Shown: positions 26,474 to 32,000 of the stretch, piece by piece
How the letters are laid out: each line of letters starts with the position of its first letter
How positions within the stretch are numbered: the first letter of the stretch is position 1
From: Deltaproteobacteria bacterium
GTDB taxonomy: Bacteria; Desulfobacterota; Desulfomonilia; Desulfomonilales; Desulfomonilaceae
Direction: 5' to 3'
NCBI GenBank assembly: GCA_036821825.1
Contig: DAISIV010000040.1
Span: 39 to 32,038 of the forward strand
DNA length: 32,000 bases
The notes under the pieces: generated by a model
Told to the model about the DNA's origin: nothing
Seen by the model: only the letters and a program-made list of their open reading frames with translations
Databases searched by the model: none
Program-made: the position numbers and the translations under genes

Positions 26474-27862
26474 GTGAGCGCTTTACACCAAAGTGCAATT
26501 AATTGCAAAAGAAGCGTTGTTCTGGGGTTTCTCAGGCCAGGCATCCTGTCTCGCCCGGTGTCGCCCCTGCTAATATTGGTGACGCTGCTATCCCTGGTGT
26601 TCCTCAGTTCCAACTCCTTAGCCAATACCGGATCACAGCCCAATGATCCCTTCGGCTATTTTGATTTCCCGACATGCGTAAGATATGCGTTCGTACATTC
26701 AGAATCGCTGTTATCGAACAAACTTGATATTCAGGTTGCATCCATAGACCTCAAGGACGCTCATTCTGAATTGATGCCAACTTTCCAGTTGGTGACCCGC
26801 TACTACTTCATCAGGACGGACGACGCAAACAATCCGAATCCCTCAAAGTTTAACGTTCAGTTCCAGATGACAAACTGGAATCCTTATGAAGCGCTGATCA
26901 AGATCAGGGCAAAATCGATTTTTGTGGATTTGGCGAAACTGGCCCACTTTGACAAGATCTCCGAGAATGTCGCTCAGATGGCCAAGCTCTTTTACAGCGT
27001 CAACACACTGCAGTCGACGATTCGTGGACAAAAACAGATTCTGGCTATTCACAACAATAAGGTGAACTTCGGAAAGAGCAAATTTGATCAAGGCAATACC
27101 GATTCCTTCACCCTCCAGTCATGGACCAATTCGCTGAAGGCTCAACAACTCAAGGTCAAAAGTCTGGAGAGGGAACTGGATCAGAAGATATCGCTTCTGA
27201 AATCCCTTATGGGTTATCACCCCGATTATCACCTACCCTTGGATACCAGAGACGCGGCCAACCAGATATTGAACGGCTTCAACGGTCGCTGGATGACGTT
27301 TGCCGACATTCAGGGCCGAAACATCAAACTGAAAATGGCTGCCAAAAAGGAGCAGGCCCAGTCGGTTATGGTCACGGGCGCCTATTTGCAACTCGTGCCC
27401 AAACCTTTGTTCGTTTTCACGGATAACAAGAACACACCCAACACGACCTCAGGTGTTAACATGGCCCTCGGTTTGGATTACATCCTGTGGGACGGCTTCA
27501 AAAGGGTGAGGGATATATCCAGACAGAAATTCAAAGCCCAGCAGCTTGAAATAGACAGAAAGCAACTTTCCGAGAAACTTTACAGTGATTTCAAGAAAAT
27601 CCGTGGTGAGATCGAATCAACCGGTGAACAGTCATCTCTCTCTCGTGAACAGGCTAAACTAGCGGACCTTGCGGAAGAGAAAGCGGCTATTCTGTATAAG
27701 TCCGGAACCATGGATTACGGCGAATATTCAGATCAGAGAATAAAGACGGTCGAGGCTCATCTGAATGTTGCCAACGACCTGCAAAACAGGGTTTTTGAAC
27801 TTATTGATCTGGCTACCATGGCAGGAGGTTTAAACAAGTACAATGCCGCAATTCGATACTGA
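26474..27862 (+). CDS. TolC-like outer membrane efflux protein
   Basis: 462 aa, exact start uncertain. Two heptad-rich OEP-like halves (ESLLSNKLDIQVASIDLKDAHSELMPTFQL; GVNMALGLDYILWDGFKRVRDISRQKFKAQQLEIDRKQLSEKLYSDFKKIRGEIES). Adjacent to an HlyD-like gene. Confidence 0.8.
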   Translation: MSALHQSAINCKRSVVLGFLRPGILSRPVSPLLILVTLLSLVFLSSNSLANTGSQPNDPFGYFDFPTCVRYAFVHSESLLSNKLDIQVASIDLKDAHSELMPTFQLVTRYYFIRTDDANNPNPSKFNVQFQMTNWNPYEALIKIRAKSIFVDLAKLAHFDKISENVAQMAKLFYSVNTLQSTIRGQKQILAIHNNKVNFGKSKFDQGNTDSFTLQSWTNSLKAQQLKVKSLERELDQKISLLKSLMGYHPDYHLPLDTRDAANQILNGFNGRWMTFADIQGRNIKLKMAAKKEQAQSVMVTGAYLQLVPKPLFVFTDNKNTPNTTSGVNMALGLDYILWDGFKRVRDISRQKFKAQQLEIDRKQLSEKLYSDFKKIRGEIESTGEQSSLSREQAKLADLAEEKAAILYKSGTMDYGEYSDQRIKTVEAHLNVANDLQNRVFELIDLATMAGGLNKYNAAIRY

Positions 27863-28940
27863 CAAGCCCAAACCAAGGGCCAAAGCCTATGGTGTGCTTC
27901 TGGCCAGTATAGTGGCGGTAGCCTCTCTGGTTTTATTGGTGGTGACGCAGGAACCCAAGAAGGCAGTATCCAGCCCTGTGCCCGCCAAGGCCGCCATCGT
28001 GCCGCAAATCGCCGACGCCAAGTCTGAGGCTGAGATAATTTTCAGAGGCAAGAGTTTTTCGGATCTACAGAGAAGAATTGTGCTTCCTTACGGAGGCGAG
28101 ATCATTAGCATAGACGCCAAGGAAGGTCAGCCGGTTACCCAGGATGCCGTCCTGGTCAAATACAAGCTCGATCGCCAGTCCATGATGCAGGTCCACCAGA
28201 TACTTTTCCCGTCGCAGGTAATCAGTCTCAAGAACGCTTTGTACGATCAACAGATCAACCTCGAAAAACTCGTCAAGGTCTCATTGCCGGTTAAACAAAT
28301 GGCCCTTGAGAGATCTGAACAGGAACTTGCGGATATTAGGTCCCTTCAATCCAAAGGGCTCGCTGAGGCAGAGGGAGTTACGAACAAGGAACGCGAGACT
28401 GACAGCTCCCGCAAGCAGGTGCTTGAGGTTCAGAAAACCATAAAACAGGCCGAAGACGGCATTCGAAAGACTGAGGAAGACCTCAAATTCATGGAAAACA
28501 AGCAAAAGCGGGATTTGGATCTGCTTGAATATCAGACCAAGCGTGTTTACAATAATTCCGATTTGCCCCTGGACGTAGCTTTCATATCTGCGCCAATCAA
28601 TGGTCAGGTGATCTGGCTTTCTCCGGAATTGAGGGTCAATAGTGAACTCAATGCTGGCTCTCCTGTTTTAACCGTGGCCACCACCCATCCAATGATCGTT
28701 AGATGCAAGGTTCACGAACTGGATTTGGTTAAACTCAAAACAGGGGACCGCGGATCTGTAACATTTGACGCCATTCCGGAAAAGAGATTCCCTTGTAAGG
28801 TTAGTCGGATTCCTTGGGTCAGCAGAAACCCGGCGCTTGAATCGCCTGCGGATTATGAGATAGAGTGTCTGCTCGACAACATGGAAGGGCGCATCAAGGA
28901 CGGCCTTACCTGTAATGTCAAGATTAGCGTGACTCAGTAG
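27843..28940 (+). CDS. HlyD-like periplasmic adaptor / membrane fusion protein
   Basis: 365 aa with an N-terminal TM, lipoyl half-motifs (IVLPYGGEIISIDAKEGQPVTQDAVLVKYKLD; FISAPINGQVIWLSPELRVNSELNAGSPVLTVATTHPMIVRCKVHELDL) and a coiled coil. Overlaps the TolC-like ORF by 20 bp. Confidence 0.85.
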   Translation: MPQFDTDKPKPRAKAYGVLLASIVAVASLVLLVVTQEPKKAVSSPVPAKAAIVPQIADAKSEAEIIFRGKSFSDLQRRIVLPYGGEIISIDAKEGQPVTQDAVLVKYKLDRQSMMQVHQILFPSQVISLKNALYDQQINLEKLVKVSLPVKQMALERSEQELADIRSLQSKGLAEAEGVTNKERETDSSRKQVLEVQKTIKQAEDGIRKTEEDLKFMENKQKRDLDLLEYQTKRVYNNSDLPLDVAFISAPINGQVIWLSPELRVNSELNAGSPVLTVATTHPMIVRCKVHELDLVKLKTGDRGSVTFDAIPEKRFPCKVSRIPWVSRNPALESPADYEIECLLDNMEGRIKDGLTCNVKISVTQ

Positions 28941-29033
28941 GCTGACGACTGATTTTCCATATGGCATCGATAAGATGCCTTTATCCCTGTTTCATGGGGT
29001 AGTTCATCAAGAACAGGGGCGTAGGAAAAAGTA

Positions 29034-30194
29034 TTGTTGATTTTTGCCTTACTCATTATAACGACCGTCCTGGTCGTTTTTTTGTTGATTTTTGGCCTTT
29101 TGCGACTGTATCTGGCGGGTAGGGTTCGTCCTGAATCGGAATCCGGTCAGTCCATGCCGCTAATACAGGTTCTGGTACCCATAAAGGGTTGTTCGGAACA
29201 ACAGGAAACTGTTCTCTCATCTTTGCTGCAACAGGATTACCCATCTTACAAGGTCAGCTTCATCATTGAGGATGAGACTGACGGTTCCAGTGAATTGCTT
29301 CATAAACTGTCACGGCAATACGATCATGCCGAGGTTTTGATTTCTGGCCGGACAGAGTTGTGTGGGCAGAAGAATCATGGTTTATCCTACGCGTCAGGAA
29401 GGCTTCATCAGGACGTAGGGATCCTGGTGACCTGTGACGGCAACAGCATCGCCCAGCGAGACTGGCTCACGTCTTTGAGTCGACCTATCAGGAATGGAAG
29501 GGCCCTGGCAGTTACTACATTTCGAACATTCAATCCGCGGCCTGTCTCGGTTGCAGGTGTTTGTCAGGCAATTTACGGTTCGATGCTATCACTTCTGATA
29601 GCAATTGAACCAAAGCCCTGGGGCGGGTCTACAGCCATTAAGCGGCAATTGTTCGATCTTCTGGATGTGAGGTCTTACTGGAGTCGAACCGTAGTGGATG
29701 ACCTTGTCATGGGGAACCTGCTGATGCAGGCTGGTATTAGACCTTTCTTTTCACCTGTTAGCGTCATGGAAACACCTTTGGCCTCCCAGACTTTTGAAGG
29801 GTTTCTCTCTTTCTTGCATCGGCAGATACTTTTCCCGAAATTCACTAATCCCGGTCTTTGGCTTCTGTCAATGGTCGGACAATATTTATTGGCTTCTGCG
29901 ACGGCAGTGGCCCTGCTAGTGTTTTTGTCATCGCTCCTGACTTTTTCCTTTGGGTTAGAGTCATTTGCGGCGTTTATTTGTCTCGTCACCCTGACCGGAG
30001 CTTTTGTTGTTCTTCACCAAATCAGTCCTCACAGGATTTCCCTTTTCTACTGGCTGGTTTCCGTCCTTCCTTTCATTGCCCTGGCTACATATGTCTATGT
30101 CCGGTCATTATTCGTTAATTACATCGATTGGAGTGGTAAGCGTTATTACTGTGGTCGTCTAGGGGTGGTAACAAAATTTGAATCCCTGCCATAA
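29034..30194 (+). CDS. Membrane-associated glycosyltransferase family 2 (ceramide-glucosyltransferase/HpnI-like architecture)
   Basis: 386 aa with an N-terminal TM, PLIQVLVPIKGCSEQQETVLSSLLQQDYPSYKVSFIIED, VTCDGNS, VVDDLVMGNLLMQAG and HRQ, then C-terminal TM helices. Confidence 0.82.
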   Translation: MLIFALLIITTVLVVFLLIFGLLRLYLAGRVRPESESGQSMPLIQVLVPIKGCSEQQETVLSSLLQQDYPSYKVSFIIEDETDGSSELLHKLSRQYDHAEVLISGRTELCGQKNHGLSYASGRLHQDVGILVTCDGNSIAQRDWLTSLSRPIRNGRALAVTTFRTFNPRPVSVAGVCQAIYGSMLSLLIAIEPKPWGGSTAIKRQLFDLLDVRSYWSRTVVDDLVMGNLLMQAGIRPFFSPVSVMETPLASQTFEGFLSFLHRQILFPKFTNPGLWLLSMVGQYLLASATAVALLVFLSSLLTFSFGLESFAAFICLVTLTGAFVVLHQISPHRISLFYWLVSVLPFIALATYVYVRSLFVNYIDWSGKRYYCGRLGVVTKFESLP

Positions 30195-30251
30195 AACTAA
30201 TACTTTCCGCTCCTGTTGTTGCGGTCAAGCCTTTGGCTCGGTGCTCCGAAC

Positions 30252-32000
30252 ATGAAAATTCGATTGGCCAGGACAGCCGGATTTTGCATGGGGGTCAGGC
30301 GGGCAGTGGAGATGGCGCTTGATCTTCAGAGAGAAGCGCAGGTTCAACCAATCGTCACCTATGGTCCACTTATCCATAATCCCCAGACCCTGAAGTTACT
30401 GGCCTCAAAGGGAATCTGTCAGGTCAATTCTATTGAGGAAATTCAGGGAGGAACTGTCATAATAAGGGCTCATGGAATATCTCCCCAGGAAAAGGAGCTG
30501 CTAGAGTCAAAGGGAGTTTCAATTATTGACGCCACCTGTCCGAGGGTTTCCCAGGTTCAGGCATTTATTCGCAAGCATGCGGGTATGGGCCATTTTTGCG
30601 TGATTGTTGGGGACGAGGATCATCCGGAAGTTATGGGGCTCAGGGGCTTTGCATCAGCCGGATCTTTGGTGATTTCAGGTCCCGAAATGTCGGACCTCAT
30701 CAATTCCGTTCCTCTTGACAGAACAGTTTGCGTGGTAGCTCAAACCACCCAGGAACCCAGAACTCTCCAGGCTGTAGTGGGAGCGCTCGAATCGGTGGGC
30801 GCAAAAATCAAGGTTTACAACACTATTTGTGATTCTACCAGGAAGAGACAGGCTGAAGTAGAGCAATTGGCCTTAGAGGCCGATATGGTCATAGTTGTTG
30901 GCGGAAAGGGATCTGGAAACACTCAGCGTTTAGCAAAGGTGGCCTCGGATCGCGGGAAGCCGGTGATGCATATTGAAACCGACGAGGAGTTCAGTTCCTT
31001 GGACCTGGAAGGGCTGGAAACAGTCGGCGTTACCGCTGGCGCCAGCACACCCAACTGGCAGATAAGGCAGGTCATAGAGAAATTAAAGCACATAGACATG
31101 GCTAGTCGTGGGGACTGGCTGTCACGGCTCAGAAGGTACGGGGACATCTCCGTCATGATATACGGCTGGGCGGCCCTGGCAGGGGCGGGTTTAACGGTTG
31201 CCTCCCAGACCCTTTTGTCTGAACCTTTGACCTGGATGTCTCCTGCTGTTTCTGCGCTGTTTGTATTCTCAATGCATCTGCTAAATCGATTACAGGAACG
31301 AACCGGCGCTGTCCGATTCAATACTCCCGAGATCGCGTCGTTCTACATAAGACATGAGGTTGCCCTGACCATCATCGGGTCTATTTCGGGCCTCATGGCC
31401 ATTGCGCTGTGTTTCAGTGTAAGCTTTGTATCAGGAATGACCCTAACCTTGATGACCGTAACAGGATTGCTCTATTCGCTGCCCGCAGCGAGGCTCCTAA
31501 GGTTCCCATTTACACACTGGCGCTCACTAAAAGACCTGCCCGGGGCAAAAACACCGCTGGTTGCTACCGGCTGGGCCATGGTAGCAGTTGTTGTTCCTCT
31601 ACTAGACTTCGATTATCACCCGGGAATTTTAAGCCTCCTGGTCACCTTCTCCTTTGCTTTTGGACTTGTCTTCTGGAGAACAGCCTTGTCTGACCTTCTT
31701 GACATACAGGGTGACCGAATAGTCGGGAGAGAGACCATACCCATCCTGCTCGGAGTCGAGAATACGAGAAAACTCCTGAACCGGATTCTCTTATTGTTAG
31801 GGCTCCTGCTACTGTTGTCGGGACTTACCGGCCTAACCTCGGCTGTTTCCTTTTGTCTGATGCTCAGCCTTGCATACAATTATGCCCTCTTCAGGATTCT
31901 TCTGAAAAAGAATCTTGTGGACAGGCTGTTCCTTGAGGCGGTCACTGATATCAATTTTATTTTTGCCGGTTTTCTTTCGGTAGCTTACATGTTATGGTGA
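30252..32000 (+). CDS. ispH: Fusion protein: 4-hydroxy-3-methylbut-2-enyl diphosphate reductase (IspH) N-terminal plus UbiA-like prenyltransferase C-terminal
   Basis: The track starts at TTG 30216; ATG 30252 (MKIRLARTAGFCMGVRRAVEMALD) is the likelier start. IspH motifs: FCMGVRRAV, YGPLIHNPQ, RAHGISP, DATCPRVSQVQ, GDEDHPEV, TICDSTRKRQ, VTAGASTPNW. From about residue 305 (track numbering) there is a polytopic domain with SLKDLPGAKTPLVATGWA and UbiA second motif RTALSDLLDIQGDRIVGRETIPILLG. TGA stop at 31998-32000. Confidence 0.88.
   Translation: MKIRLARTAGFCMGVRRAVEMALDLQREAQVQPIVTYGPLIHNPQTLKLLASKGICQVNSIEEIQGGTVIIRAHGISPQEKELLESKGVSIIDATCPRVSQVQAFIRKHAGMGHFCVIVGDEDHPEVMGLRGFASAGSLVISGPEMSDLINSVPLDRTVCVVAQTTQEPRTLQAVVGALESVGAKIKVYNTICDSTRKRQAEVEQLALEADMVIVVGGKGSGNTQRLAKVASDRGKPVMHIETDEEFSSLDLEGLETVGVTAGASTPNWQIRQVIEKLKHIDMASRGDWLSRLRRYGDISVMIYGWAALAGAGLTVASQTLLSEPLTWMSPAVSALFVFSMHLLNRLQERTGAVRFNTPEIASFYIRHEVALTIIGSISGLMAIALCFSVSFVSGMTLTLMTVTGLLYSLPAARLLRFPFTHWRSLKDLPGAKTPLVATGWAMVAVVVPLLDFDYHPGILSLLVTFSFAFGLVFWRTALSDLLDIQGDRIVGRETIPILLGVENTRKLLNRILLLLGLLLLLSGLTGLTSAVSFCLMLSLAYNYALFRILLKKNLVDRLFLEAVTDINFIFAGFLSVAYMLW

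Noticed and set aside
1-32000. Scan by eye for CRISPR arrays, transposases, phage modules, toxin-antitoxin or other defence systems
   Set aside because: No regularly spaced repeats, transposase/integrase motifs or defence-type domain combinations were recognised; the window reads as ordinary chromosome apart from the loci highlighted.

Overview
This 32 kb window looks like chromosomal DNA from an anaerobic Desulfobacterota-like bacterium. The taxonomy is inferred from gene content only. The most notable locus is 16.8-18.8 kb. It holds a small ArsR/SmtB-family regulator behind a near-perfect 24-bp palindrome, followed by hgcA and hgcB, the corrinoid protein/ferredoxin pair needed for mercury methylation. 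HgcA is recognised by its NVWCAAGKGTFGT cap-helix motif plus a C-terminal membrane domain. HgcB is recognised by two 4Fe-4S motifs plus the conserved Cys73. This HgcB has an unusual C-terminal tail with seven cysteines (CCC...CC...CC). The second notable locus is a 594-aa ORF at the right edge that appears to fuse IspH (HMB-PP reductase) to a UbiA-like prenyltransferase domain whose first Asp-rich motif is degenerate. The rest is mostly housekeeping or transport: rpsO-pnp-M16 peptidase, a MacA-like adaptor with an ABC ATPase and two separate FtsX/MacB-type permeases, an unusual HAD-like protein, a GlcD-GlcF-like fused oxidoreductase, an orphan MacB-type permease, mutS, a sulfotransferase, an orphan leuD, glgA (Gln at the usual Lys15), recD2, a secreted Pro/Gly/Cys-rich protein with a clear terminator, a small secreted protein, a TolC-like/HlyD-like pair and a membrane glycosyltransferase. 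I saw no CRISPR array, tRNA, rRNA or transposase. Assignments come from motif recognition by eye; no database searches were run.
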